A model generated the notes under the pieces. That model saw only the letters and a list, made by a program, of their open reading frames with translations, was not told where the DNA came from and did not search any database. From IMG/VR virus record IMGVR_UViG_2671181134_000015: a stretch of 38,518 nucleotides of DNA. One strand, written 5' to 3'. Source of the DNA: a virus. Taxonomy: Duplodnaviria; Heunggongvirae; Uroviricota; Caudoviricetes. Shown here in pieces: positions 27,979 through 37,092 of this stretch. Every line of letters starts with the position of its first letter. The stretch's first letter is position 1. Position numbers and translations under genes: made by a program.

Positions 27979-28383
27979 TTACCTGCGTGATTGCCTGCTG
28001 GCGGCCGAATGCACATAGCGGACAATTGCCGCTTTTCGGTTAACGACGGCCAGCGTTCTTGCCAGTTCTTCGTTGAGTTTTCTGGTCTGTTTTTCGTGGT
28101 ATGCCTGCATGATTTTTCCTACGGGAGTCAGTGGTTCAGGCTCTGATATGGCGCGACGAGGGCGCACGGCAACGATGAATGCGCTTCTGTCGGTGTTGAT
28201 TCTTGCAGTCAGGATGTCGGTCATAACGGTGTCTGTGCTGCGATCGGGACTGGCGATCGTGATTTCCAGTTCGTCGCCTGGCTGCGGTCGAACACTGACG
28301 CCGCTCAGTGTCAGTGCCGGAATGCGTGCGTTCATGATGGTGCTGAAATCATGGCGCTGGAGTACGCAATGGAATCGTGTCAT
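27979..28383 (-). CDS. Hypothetical protein downstream of the replication gene
   Basis: 134-aa ORF overlapping the A stop. Confidence 0.45.
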   Translation of the reverse strand: MTRFHCVLQRHDFSTIMNARIPALTLSGVSVRPQPGDELEITIASPDRSTDTVMTDILTARINTDRSAFIVAVRPRRAISEPEPLTPVGKIMQAYHEKQTRKLNEELARTLAVVNRKAAIVRYVHSAASRQSRR

Positions 28384-30893
28384 GGGTTAACCTCCGGTTG
28401 ATCTGCTGCCACCAGGCTTCGTGATTTTTCATCCCAGTGCACAATCCGCCCGTCAGGCAGGCGAACGCGTGCACCTCTGTGTACGGAAAGTGCTGCGCCA
28501 CTGTGTAGCTCCTCGCCCGTCGTGCTCAGTGCCGACTTGATTACGGTGGTGGTGACGTCAGTCAGCGGCAATGCTGTACGCACATGTATGACGTCATCGG
28601 GCGTGGTGGGGCCGCCGGTTTTCACGGTTTTTGTGTCAGATGGCGCATCTTTCAGCTGCCTGGTGAGTTGTTTTCTCTCTGTGGGGGTCAGTGACCTTAA
28701 CCATTCGCTCAAATCACCTTCCGGGATGGTCAGTTTTTGTTCTTTCCTGGTTTCCGGTGGTGGGGTTTTACCCTCTCCGGTGTCTGTTTTTTCATCATGG
28801 GGACAGTTATTGCCACGAGTCCAAGGTGCGGCAAAGCCGCACTCAACGTCAAAACCCTCGTCCGTGCTGTTGTCGGCTTTCGCTTCTTTTCTGACCAGTT
28901 TCCACTCGTCCGGATGGGTACAGATGGTGTAGCGCTCGCCGAGCGACGGGGCGCAAATTCCGTAGATGCGCTGCGGGAATTCGCCGTAGTCGTTGGCCTC
29001 ATCTGCGGTTTCGTATGCGGTGCGGACCAGGTACGCGTTGCGGGGAATGAGCACGCCACCCTGGCGGGTGATGTAGGTGGCAAAACACCCCACGTCAGCA
29101 GCGGCCAGAATGGCGTCAATGTCGTCATGATCCAGGCGCTTCGGTGATGCCGGGTTGCGCTCCATCTGTCCGGCAAGGCGGCGGAGTTCACGCCACACCT
29201 GGCGGGGCGGGATGCCGAAGAACTGGAACTGACGGATGCGATGGAGACTCGCCCAGGCAATGGCGTTTTCCACGGTTTCGGCCATGGTTTTCCCTGATTC
29301 CTCATCGGCGTAAGGTTTGCCGGTTTTCGGGTCATTGTCGTGAAAGGCGCTGGCGTCCAGGTTCTTGCCGATATAGGTTGCGATGTAACTTGCCGGTGTG
29401 CCTTTTGCCGGGTCGATTTTTTCGCACTTGAAGCGCGGCGAAATATCATCCCCCAGTTCTGCGCGATCTGATTTGACTGCCGCGTCACGCATGATTGCAA
29501 TGATGCGTTCTTCATTGTCCGGGGAGGTGAATACCAGCATGTGCCAGTGCGGTGTGCCGTCATGGTGTGGCTCAACGGTGCGCACCCCGTACCAGCTCAG
29601 GCCTTCTTTGTTGAGTTTTTTTCTTACAGCTGCAAAGACGTCGTACACCAGATAATCGCTGGCATCGCGCACGGTGGCACCGTTGTATTTCGGGTTCAGG
29701 CTGCCGTCCTCGTTTACGCTGTGAAAGCGGGAAGGGCAGGTCACTGTCACGAAGAACGCGGAGTCACCACGCGATTCGGCGACCTGTTCCATCCCTCTGA
29801 CGCAGGCCATCATCTCGTTGCGGCGGTTGCGCGGATTCCCCAGCCCTGACCAGTACACGTCCTCCAGACTCAGGCGTTCACCGTCTTCGTTTTCAATGTC
29901 CCAGCTTTTGAGAAAATCACGGGTGCGTTGGCGTTTCTCCCGGAATTCCTGGAGTGACTCATGGCTGATGTAGGGGGATGCCCTGCGCGATACTCTTCCG
30001 GCGGCACGCAGTAATTCCTCCCGCCAGAGATCGGCGAGGTGGCGCAGCTGGTTGTTCCACCAGGTGGCGCAGGTGATGCGCATTACTGCACCCGGTACCC
30101 GTTCAGGGTCTGGTGCCGTGCGGCGGTCACGTCTGAGCTCGAGTGACGGCCAGCATGGTGGGGTCACGCCCAGTTTTAACGCCATGCGCGCCAGCTGCTG
30201 GTAAGTCAGCAACCAGGTAAACAGGTTATCGTCGCCTTTTCCTGTCCGCTCAGTAACTTCATCACATATGCGTTCCAGTTCGGTGGAAAATGCCGCCGCT
30301 GTTAGTGTGGCAAGGCGCTGAATTTGATCACGGTTGAGTTGTGGCAGCATGAGTAATTCATCAAGGCGATGGCGTGCTGCGGTGGCTTTGAATGCCGTCG
30401 TGGCGAAGCATTCATTCACCTGTTCGATGCGTTTCAGGCGTGTGCGCAGTCCACGGCGAACAAAGTTATCAGCCACGTGTGTATTGTTGTTTTTCACGCC
30501 TTCATGGCGGGCGCTTTGCTGTTTGCGGTTTAAACGCGCCAGATCACGAATGAGCGCGTTGCCAAGAAACGAGGGCAGGGCGCGAAGTTCTGCCATGGCT
30601 TCCGATACCACTGTGGGCGGATTTTCGCGTTTGTGTCTCGCCAGTTTTTCCAGTCTGATCCGGCGCTCTTCGTCGTGGTGAAGATGCGAATTAATTCGCT
30701 TGCCTTCGTCTGTGTTTGTCAGGAAGTCGACGGTCTCTTCATCCAGTCTTGCATCAATGCGAATGTCTTCGTTGATGTAGCTCTGAATGGCCTGGCGTAA
30801 TGCGGTTGGTTGCGCTCTGCCGAACGTTTCAGGATCGATAACCGGTAGCGGGGCGTTCCACGGGTACGCCAGTTGTGCGTTATGGTCGCTCAT
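28380..30893 (-). CDS. Replication initiation endonuclease gpA-like (rolling-circle HUH family)
   Basis: 837 aa; GTPHWHMLVF HUH-type motif; ATGA overlap with the upstream gene. Confidence 0.85.
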   Translation of the reverse strand: MSDHNAQLAYPWNAPLPVIDPETFGRAQPTALRQAIQSYINEDIRIDARLDEETVDFLTNTDEGKRINSHLHHDEERRIRLEKLARHKRENPPTVVSEAMAELRALPSFLGNALIRDLARLNRKQQSARHEGVKNNNTHVADNFVRRGLRTRLKRIEQVNECFATTAFKATAARHRLDELLMLPQLNRDQIQRLATLTAAAFSTELERICDEVTERTGKGDDNLFTWLLTYQQLARMALKLGVTPPCWPSLELRRDRRTAPDPERVPGAVMRITCATWWNNQLRHLADLWREELLRAAGRVSRRASPYISHESLQEFREKRQRTRDFLKSWDIENEDGERLSLEDVYWSGLGNPRNRRNEMMACVRGMEQVAESRGDSAFFVTVTCPSRFHSVNEDGSLNPKYNGATVRDASDYLVYDVFAAVRKKLNKEGLSWYGVRTVEPHHDGTPHWHMLVFTSPDNEERIIAIMRDAAVKSDRAELGDDISPRFKCEKIDPAKGTPASYIATYIGKNLDASAFHDNDPKTGKPYADEESGKTMAETVENAIAWASLHRIRQFQFFGIPPRQVWRELRRLAGQMERNPASPKRLDHDDIDAILAAADVGCFATYITRQGGVLIPRNAYLVRTAYETADEANDYGEFPQRIYGICAPSLGERYTICTHPDEWKLVRKEAKADNSTDEGFDVECGFAAPWTRGNNCPHDEKTDTGEGKTPPPETRKEQKLTIPEGDLSEWLRSLTPTERKQLTRQLKDAPSDTKTVKTGGPTTPDDVIHVRTALPLTDVTTTVIKSALSTTGEELHSGAALSVHRGARVRLPDGRIVHWDEKSRSLVAADQPEVNP

Positions 30894-31306
30894 GCGTCGC
30901 ACTCCCCGGCAGTCGCCGCCTGAAACGCCGCGCGGTACAGCATGAGAAGGCGCTGGTATTCGCCGATAAAACCTTCTGCGGTGTATATACCTTTCACGGC
31001 CACGCTGTGGTTTGTCATTTCCAGAACCAGCGCCATCTCTGATGACGACCAGCTGATGGTGGTGCTGTCGGTGCCGTTGATGTGAAATAAACCCAGTCCA
31101 TCACCATCACCTTTCACGTCCACGCGGTAACGACCGTCAACGGTGAAGGAGAAATCCCCGGATGTGGTGATGCTGCGGGCAGCCTGTTTACAGGCGCGGC
31201 GGTAATAGTCGTGCCAGTCGTTCAGGCGGGAAGCCAGCCGGGGATCCACTGCCCACATCCAGTTAAAAAAATCCTGAATATCTGAAAGTCCCTTAACGCT
31301 CTTCAT
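30890..31306 (-). CDS. Hypothetical protein immediately upstream of gpA
   Basis: 138-aa ORF translationally coupled to A. Confidence 0.45.
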   Translation of the reverse strand: MKSVKGLSDIQDFFNWMWAVDPRLASRLNDWHDYYRRACKQAARSITTSGDFSFTVDGRYRVDVKGDGDGLGLFHINGTDSTTISWSSSEMALVLEMTNHSVAVKGIYTAEGFIGEYQRLLMLYRAAFQAATAGECDA

Positions 31307-31374
31307 GAGAACCTCCGGTAACAGATGTGCGGAAGCCTCCCGCGTACGGGTGCGGGATGGCTTCAGGATGTTGT

Positions 31375-31602
31375 TTAGTGGTGGTGTTGCTGGTTGATAA
31401 GGTCCTGCAGCTCCGCGAGATCATCCGCCAGGTAGCTGAAAACAGCGGCACAGTAACGGTTTGACAGAGCGTGAGTGCGCTCATGCAGCATGTTGATATG
31501 CATGATTTGCGCGACGCGTGTTGCGCGGAAAAGTCTGCGGTTGATTTCAGTCTGGATGTGACGACGCTCAGCGCGGGCGCGCTGTTGCTTGCGGTTTGCC
31601 AT
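31375..31602 (-). CDS. Hypothetical small basic protein (75 aa)
   Basis: MANRKQQRARAERRH... arginine-rich N-terminus. Confidence 0.4.
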   Translation of the reverse strand: MANRKQQRARAERRHIQTEINRRLFRATRVAQIMHINMLHERTHALSNRYCAAVFSYLADDLAELQDLINQQHHH

Positions 31603-31985
31603 GGTGTGGCCTCTTCGTTTGTGAATTTTGAAAACTCACCAACCAGAGGTTCCAAGCTCAGGGTGGCGAGACGTACAGGGTTGGAACTACCGGCAAACGA
31701 AGAAACCGGCCCGACCGAAGTCGGCCCTGTACGCCCCGCCATAATTCTGATGCGAAAAAGACGTGGCGATACAGTACGCACAAAAAAACCGCTGGCGCGG
31801 CTGTGCGCTTCGTTTGTCAGCGGGGTTCCAATCCCGGCACCCGTTTTATGAGGTGCAGCGGAAATGTAACCCGACACGACGAGCGCTGGCAAGCGGTTTT
31901 TGTGTTGCGTGCTGATGTGGTTAGAATGTGGCGAATTAATATCACCTGGCAACTGGTGATTGTCTGCATACGCGGGGTGTTTCTG

Positions 31986-32450
31986 ATGAGTGATAAGCTC
32001 CCTTCTGATTACGACATTCTTTTTGACCTGTGGTACAGCTACTGGCTTGAACGTATTACATGTGTGTTTCACCGACGCGTTTCTGCTGCTCTGCGAATCA
32101 GCGCCTTTCTGGTTGGTGTTGCGGCGTTTGTCCTGTGTGATTTTGTTGTGTTGGTACTCTTCAGTGTGGTTCTGTTTCTGCTCTGGCAGTGCATGGCTGC
32201 CAGTTTTGAACGCAGGGCTGAAAAGGCTGAATGGCAGACAGTCAGTTACCAGCGCCTTATCAGTCAGCGCCATGTGATTAGTAAGGAATGCATGATTGCG
32301 CGCCTCTCCTTTGTTGAGGAAAGTGACAGTCCCATCATGGAGTGCATGATTAATCTTGCCTGGAATAAAGCCTGTGAGGCGGTTGGCAGCTCTTCGCGCA
32401 ATCATGTTTCGTTCTCCGGTCGGTTACTCAGTCGCCTGTGCGGCTTCTGA
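31986..32450 (+). CDS. Putative membrane protein (about 154 aa) on the strand opposite the early operon; start uncertain
   Basis: Hydrophobic stretch ALRISAFLVGVAAFVLCDFVVLVLFSVVLFLLW; the antisense 370-aa ORF is low-complexity; overlaps the DUF4406-like gene 3' end by 27 nt. Confidence 0.3.
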   Translation: MSDKLPSDYDILFDLWYSYWLERITCVFHRRVSAALRISAFLVGVAAFVLCDFVVLVLFSVVLFLLWQCMAASFERRAEKAEWQTVSYQRLISQRHVISKECMIARLSFVEESDSPIMECMINLAWNKACEAVGSSSRNHVSFSGRLLSRLCGF

Positions 32451-32774
32451 CTGGCGAAGCAGCTGGGTGATGCTTTCACCGGCTGCCCTGTTTTCCGGGA
32501 ATGACACCGGCATGTTCAGCTTGCGTGCCATTGCGTACTCTGCCCGTGCGCCAGCTGACTCCGTCCAGCCTTCCAGTAAGTAAATGGCATCGGCACACAT
32601 GAGCATCGAAATACAAATGCTCATGTACTGCTGCTGGCTTAGTCCGTCCGGCAGTATGGCAGGGTTGAGTGCGGTGTATCCGGCTGACTTAAGCTTCATC
32701 GCCGCCATGGAAAACGCCGTTCTGTTGTGGTCTTTGTATCCGGTCATGGGACCGGCGATATAAATCACTGCCAT
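32424..32774 (-). CDS. DUF4406-like protein (nucleoside 2-deoxyribosyltransferase-like fold)
   Basis: N-terminal IYIAGPMTG signature. Confidence 0.55.
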   Translation of the reverse strand: MAVIYIAGPMTGYKDHNRTAFSMAAMKLKSAGYTALNPAILPDGLSQQQYMSICISMLMCADAIYLLEGWTESAGARAEYAMARKLNMPVSFPENRAAGESITQLLRQSEAAQATE

Positions 32775-32983
32775 GCTGTACCTCCCGTGTTGCGTGTTGC
32801 TGTCAGCACGCGTACTTCTTCCATGTTCGTGGCGCAGAAGTGCGAGCCGTTGATAAGGCGGATGTGATGCATCTCAGGATTGCGTGAGTCCTGGCGTGTC
32901 ATACCCGGGTCAATCAGGCTTTCGTCGACTTCGTACTGACGGCCGTTGGCTGTGAACCGGATAACGGTTGATTCCTGGATCAT
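32765..32983 (-). CDS. Hypothetical small protein (72 aa)
   Basis: ORF with start-stop overlap to neighbours. Confidence 0.4.
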   Translation of the reverse strand: MIQESTVIRFTANGRQYEVDESLIDPGMTRQDSRNPEMHHIRLINGSHFCATNMEEVRVLTATRNTGGTAWQ

Positions 32984-33252
32984 TGTTCGCCCCTTCCTCT
33001 CCGTTCCTTGTTTGCTGCGGTTTTAAGTGCCTCAATTTCCCGTTGCTGCTCCTCAATGATTTCAGCGGACCTGCTGGCAAGCATTGCCGTATAGCTGTGT
33101 CCAAGTGCCACAAATATCCCCGAATCCCGCTTCTCCACCGCCTCTCTTGCTTCCTGTTGTTTGATGCAGGCCAGATATCTCAGTGCTGAAACGACGATTG
33201 ATTGCTGCGTGCTTTTGTTATTCACCGGTTGACTCCTGTGTTGCTGATTCAT
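32980..33252 (-). CDS. Hypothetical small protein (about 90 aa)
   Basis: Start placed at MNQQ just downstream of the dam stop. Confidence 0.35.
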   Translation of the reverse strand: MNQQHRSQPVNNKSTQQSIVVSALRYLACIKQQEAREAVEKRDSGIFVALGHSYTAMLASRSAEIIEEQQREIEALKTAANKERRGRGEQ

Positions 33253-33260
33253 CTGGTTAT

Positions 33261-34235
33261 TCACGGGTGAGCAGAGGTAAACATCGCGCTGTACGTTGCA
33301 TCTCCCGTCGCCGGGCCGCAGTCCGGGCACCAGCCACCGCCATGGCGACCGCAGGTGTCGCACTGCTTCAGGGTGGCGATAACTTCCATTGCGGGTTCAC
33401 TGGTTCTTGCGCCAACGCTTCGTGGTGCCTGTATGCAGTTCATCCGGTAACCCTGATAAATGCGTCTGGTTTCCGGTGTGTCGGAATTGGAGATGGTGAT
33501 GCTGGTCATGCCGCCCGTTTCCTGTGAAAGGCGGTCAAGCGCTGCTCTCAGGCGAATGTGGTCGTCCTTCGTGAAGGGTTTTCCATAGGCGGTGAAATTG
33601 TCCCGGCCACTGAATGGCAGGTAAGGGGGATCGCAGTACACGCAAAGCGTGTTACCCATGCTGAACAGGTGGCTGGCACAGCTCAGCGTTTTTCGAAAAT
33701 CGCCATGAACAAGCAGTGTTCGGGTGCTGTTTGCCTTGTCTGCAAATGCGCGGATCTCCCGCTCAGGAAAATAATGTTTGCTGTAGCTGCCGAAAGGAAC
33801 GTTAAAATCGCCTTTTCCATTCACGCGGAACAGGCCGTTAAAACAGTGTCGGTTGAGGTACAAAAACATGGCGGCCAGTCGCAGTTTCCGACGGTCGCTT
33901 ATTCCCGTGCTCAGGAATGCATGATTCTCTGCATTAAAGGTGTTGCGGATGGCGAGATAGTCAGCCCTGTTGTTATGTTCCAGGAACAGGTCTTTTGCCT
34001 CATCGATCAGGCTGTCGGTGTTGTCCCGTGCTGCCCGCCAGAAATTAATCAGCGCACCGTTGGAATCTCCAAGGATGCAGCGGCTGTAACGGGTGTTCAT
34101 GAATACCGATGCGCCACCCACGAACGGCTCAACCAGGCAGTCAGCTTCTGGCAGGTGCGCCTTCAGTGTGTCCATGATGCGGTTTTTTCCGCCCACCCAT
34201 TTCAGCGGTGTGCCGGATAACAGTTTTTCGCTCAT
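33261..34235 (-). CDS. dam: DNA adenine methyltransferase (Dam / D12-class N6-adenine MTase) with Cys-rich C-terminal extension
   Basis: PFVGGASVF SAM-binding-like block and DPPY catalytic motif; C-terminal CDTCGRHGGGWCPDCGP cluster. Confidence 0.8.
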   Translation of the reverse strand: MSEKLLSGTPLKWVGGKNRIMDTLKAHLPEADCLVEPFVGGASVFMNTRYSRCILGDSNGALINFWRAARDNTDSLIDEAKDLFLEHNNRADYLAIRNTFNAENHAFLSTGISDRRKLRLAAMFLYLNRHCFNGLFRVNGKGDFNVPFGSYSKHYFPEREIRAFADKANSTRTLLVHGDFRKTLSCASHLFSMGNTLCVYCDPPYLPFSGRDNFTAYGKPFTKDDHIRLRAALDRLSQETGGMTSITISNSDTPETRRIYQGYRMNCIQAPRSVGARTSEPAMEVIATLKQCDTCGRHGGGWCPDCGPATGDATYSAMFTSAHP

Positions 34236-34469
34236 AACGCGGCCTCTCTGTTATAGGTTTCGTGCGTTAATAAATCCCATGACTTCCCGTTGTTTTTGCT
34301 CAGTAATCGCCAGCGAAAACCGATTCTTATGACCAGGTAGTCGTGGGGCTTTATGCGTGAAAAATTCCGCGCTCCGTTGCGAAATAAGCGCAGAGACGTG
34401 CGGGCTTTTGTTTCCACGTTCAGGGGGGGGGCGGCAACACACATTCAGGATGGCGACCATGGCTTCACC

Positions 34470-35060
34470 TCATATGTTCAGGAATGGTGTTGTGAAGCGC
34501 TGCCAGATTTCTGACACGACCTTTGCCTGGTAAACGGCATCGCCCAGTGCAGTGTGAGCAATAGCCTCCTTTCCTGATCTGCCTGGCATTTTCCATCCCG
34601 TTGACTCAGCCATGGCGATAAGCGGGCGCATACAGCGCTCGTTCCAGTAGCACCACGGAATGCTTTTTTCTCCGGCTGTGCGTGTTATGGCGGATTTCAG
34701 GATCGGGAAATCGAAGGATGCGCCCTTGCACCATATGGTCAGTGAATTGCCCGGGCTTTCGTCATGCATGTTGCGTGAAATGAACGCCAGAAATTCGGTT
34801 ACTGCCGCAAGCTCTGTTCCCTCTGCGTTGCGCAGGCAGGATCTGGCCTCCACGGATTGTCCGGCCCACCATACAGTGGTTGCTGCATTGACGGTTCCGC
34901 CGTTGCGTTCTGAATCCACCGGGTCGATGAATTGCTCAAACTGCTTGCCCAGCTTTCCGGTGAACGGGTCGAAAAACACCGCGCCAATTGCGAATATGAC
35001 GGCATCCGGTCCGGAGCCCAGTGTTTCAGTGTCAATCATGAGATGGTTCATTATGCGCAC
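34470..35060 (-). CDS. DnaQ-like 3'-5' exonuclease (DEDD family)
   Basis: MIDTETLG Exo I motif near the N-terminus, later H...D block. Confidence 0.7.
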   Translation of the reverse strand: MRIMNHLMIDTETLGSGPDAVIFAIGAVFFDPFTGKLGKQFEQFIDPVDSERNGGTVNAATTVWWAGQSVEARSCLRNAEGTELAAVTEFLAFISRNMHDESPGNSLTIWCKGASFDFPILKSAITRTAGEKSIPWCYWNERCMRPLIAMAESTGWKMPGRSGKEAIAHTALGDAVYQAKVVSEIWQRFTTPFLNI

Positions 35061-35281
35061 CCCTTCAGTTCGTCTGGGTTGGCGAGTATTGCAATCAGTC
35101 GTTCAATGGCTGCGCAGGTTTCCTGTGGACAGGTGTGTGTCTCTTTCGCTGTCTCAGTCAGCTCGCGCAGTAATTCGCAGATATGTGCACGCTCGGCTTT
35201 TCTTGCGGCCATGCTGATATGCGCATGATGGTTAGCTGGTCTGGCGGTTATTTCTCTGCCGGGTGATTCGGCTGTTCTCAT
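35051..35281 (-). CDS. Hypothetical small protein (76 aa)
   Basis: Start at MRTAE with GGAG RBS; the ORF track extends further upstream through a hairpin. Confidence 0.35.
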   Translation of the reverse strand: MRTAESPGREITARPANHHAHISMAARKAERAHICELLRELTETAKETHTCPQETCAAIERLIAILANPDELKGCA

Positions 35282-35387
35282 TTGTTGACTCCTGAAAAAA
35301 AGACAAAGGGAACCCGAAGGCATGAATGCCTTAATTAATTGCTCGTGTGTTTTCTGGTGTTATTCCGCGCCTGCTTTCGGCTTCAGG

Positions 35388-35483
35388 TTATTCCCAGATC
35401 TTCAGGGCTAACCAGATAAGCGCACTCACCTGAAATATCACCCATACAGTGGCGATGGTGTGTATTGCTTTTACATTCTTCAT
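35388..35483 (-). CDS. Small hydrophobic peptide (31 aa), unannotatable from sequence
   Basis: MKNVKAIHTIATVWVIFQVSALIWLALKIWE; no clear RBS; 12 nt after the preceding small ORF. Confidence 0.25.
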   Translation of the reverse strand: MKNVKAIHTIATVWVIFQVSALIWLALKIWE

Positions 35484-35495
35484 AAGGTTTTCGCT

Positions 35496-35621
35496 TTATT
35501 TACGGCGTTTATCGCCGGTAAAGAATAATTCGATATCCTTCAGTGTGTAGATAATTCGCATAATGCCGATTGCCATAAGCACGGAGATAATCAGAATTAC
35601 CCATGAAAGAAATATGCTCAT
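35496..35621 (-). CDS. Small hydrophobic peptide (41 aa)
   Basis: MSIFLSWVILIISVLMAIGIMRIIYTLKDIELFFTGDKRRK; ATGA overlap with the upstream gene. Confidence 0.3.
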   Translation of the reverse strand: MSIFLSWVILIISVLMAIGIMRIIYTLKDIELFFTGDKRRK

Positions 35622-35860
35622 GCGGCTACCCCTGTGAAGTAAGGCTCAACAATTTCACCTTCAAACAGTTCTGTCATAATCGACTTTAATTCTTCCAGCG
35701 CTTCACGGTCATCGCTGCCCAGTGCGCAGTTGTATAGCCCCATAATTGCGCCGCGCAGTGAGTTACGAAGGCTTTCATCCTTAGTTACGCCCCGGTTTGC
35801 GAGTTCAAAGTGATAACGTTGCAACGCGTTATTGATAAGTATTTTGTAGGCTTCGATCAT
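35618..35860 (-). CDS. Hypothetical early protein (80 aa)
   Basis: ORF in the early operon. Confidence 0.45.
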   Translation of the reverse strand: MIEAYKILINNALQRYHFELANRGVTKDESLRNSLRGAIMGLYNCALGSDDREALEELKSIMTELFEGEIVEPYFTGVAA

Positions 35861-35878
35861 GGCTGAATCCTTTATTTA

Positions 35879-36214
35879 TCAGTGCTTGCTTCCCGGATAT
35901 TGAAAACGCAGGCCGCTGATTAATCTGTCTGCCGTTCTTAAGGCTTCAAAAAATGTGAAGTCCTGTCCGAAGTAATCATCCCCGCGAGTCAGGGTGAAAT
36001 TAAATCTGCCAGTAACAGGGCTGCGAAAACTTTTGTGAATAACGATGCCAGTGTCGCCAATCGTCCAGGTGTGCTTGCCGGTTTGTTTTACCGGGTGACC
36101 GTCTGGTGTGGTATGGATTTCAGTGGTTGCGGTCGCACTATTTTTACGGAAGTGCTGGCGTGCAACGTGGCGTTCGGTGTTGTTATTGATGCGTGCATTT
36201 CGTTGTTGCTTCAT
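35879..36214 (-). CDS. Hypothetical early protein (111 aa)
   Basis: ORF in the early operon. Confidence 0.45.
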   Translation of the reverse strand: MKQQRNARINNNTERHVARQHFRKNSATATTEIHTTPDGHPVKQTGKHTWTIGDTGIVIHKSFRSPVTGRFNFTLTRGDDYFGQDFTFFEALRTADRLISGLRFQYPGSKH

Positions 36215-36239
36215 TCTTCACTCGGTCCTTATGCGATGA

Positions 36240-36434
36240 TTACAGTGATTCGTCTCTTGTCAGCCTAAAAATCACTTCAGCCATGACTTCGCTAATTACA
36301 TCGATCCCCTGATCGGTAAGGGCTTCTTTCCAGGCCTTGCTTGCACGTGTTGGATCCATCCTGCCTGATTGCTGTTGTATGATGATGAAGCGTAAATCGC
36401 TGTATAAGTCTTTTGTTTGAGTGGAGTCAGTCAT
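36240..36434 (-). CDS. Hypothetical early protein (64 aa)
   Basis: ORF in the early operon. Confidence 0.4.
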   Translation of the reverse strand: MTDSTQTKDLYSDLRFIIIQQQSGRMDPTRASKAWKEALTDQGIDVISEVMAEVIFRLTRDESL

Positions 36435-36485
36435 GTCAACACCTTCAAATCCCGATGCTCTTAATGATCCCGGTTTGTTTTGATG

Positions 36486-37010
36486 TCACTGGTTGCCTTC
36501 GCTGTATTGGTGTTGCTCCAGTTTTGACTTTCTTCCTGTGTAAACCCGCTTTCCATTGATGGTCTGGCAGTCTTCTTTGTTTGCCGGGGAAAACTTTCTT
36601 TTCTGTCGGTCGTACGTCCAGTAGCTTTTCCAGTTGTGCCATTCTGGCGGCTCGCATTCTGGTAGTTCGTCAGCCAGCTTGTCCCACTCTCTGGCGTTAA
36701 ACCACCATACGCCATCCGAATTTTCATCTTCAGGGTTTGAACGGGTCTTGTGTCCAGGCATCTGATTTCGCTGAAGCGCCACGCGCAATGCAGCTTTTGT
36801 CAACCCGATATAGGCTGCCCCTTTTTCAAGTGAGCAAAGTCCGGCTACCGGGCCATCCAGTCGCAAGGTTGCCCCTTTTTTGTAGGTGCGTTTTTTCTTT
36901 TCCTCTTGGTGTTCATCGTCGTTTTCCGCACCAACGGATTCGGTGATGCTGTCGTTTTCCTGAAGGGCTTGTGTGTCAGATAACTCTTTATCGGCAATTG
37001 ACTTCCGCAT
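36486..37010 (-). CDS. Cox/Apl-like excisionase-regulator candidate (first gene of the early operon; N-terminal extent uncertain)
   Basis: Divergent from the repressor gene; HTH-like YIGLTKAALRVALQRNQMPGHKT and W-rich block DGVWWFNAREWDKL resemble P2 Cox; the acidic N-terminal 50 aa may not be translated. Confidence 0.45.
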   Translation of the reverse strand: MRKSIADKELSDTQALQENDSITESVGAENDDEHQEEKKKRTYKKGATLRLDGPVAGLCSLEKGAAYIGLTKAALRVALQRNQMPGHKTRSNPEDENSDGVWWFNAREWDKLADELPECEPPEWHNWKSYWTYDRQKRKFSPANKEDCQTINGKRVYTGRKSKLEQHQYSEGNQ

Positions 37011-37072
37011 TTGCTATCCTCTTGCGTTGGTGCGCTTGTCGCGCATCATGAAGGTTTGTTTAGGTTTATAAA

Positions 37073-37092
37073 AGATACTCGTGCGAGTATCT
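37073..37092. promoter_or_regulatory. Perfect 9-bp inverted repeat AGATACTCG-TG-CGAGTATCT in the cox/C divergent region; candidate operator
   Basis: Lies between the divergent starts at 37010 and 37115; a second palindrome TGCGC-N5-GCGCA is at 37031-37045 and TATAAA at 37067-37072. Confidence 0.4.

Noticed and set aside
31780-31870. tRNA-like T-arm sequence (GGGGTTCCAATCCC)
   Set aside because: No acceptor, D or anticodon arms could be assembled into a cloverleaf on either strand.
31293-32405. 370-aa minus-strand ORF
   Set aside because: Low-complexity S/T/H/N/P/R-rich translation, runs through the 75-aa gene in another frame and is antisense to a coherent membrane-protein ORF. Its length is statistically unusual, so this rejection is provisional.
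34232-34460. Two overlapping 69-70-aa ORFs between exonuclease and dam containing the G9/C9 tract
   Set aside because: Mutually exclusive frames, no RBS, unremarkable composition; kept only as context for the G-tract finding.
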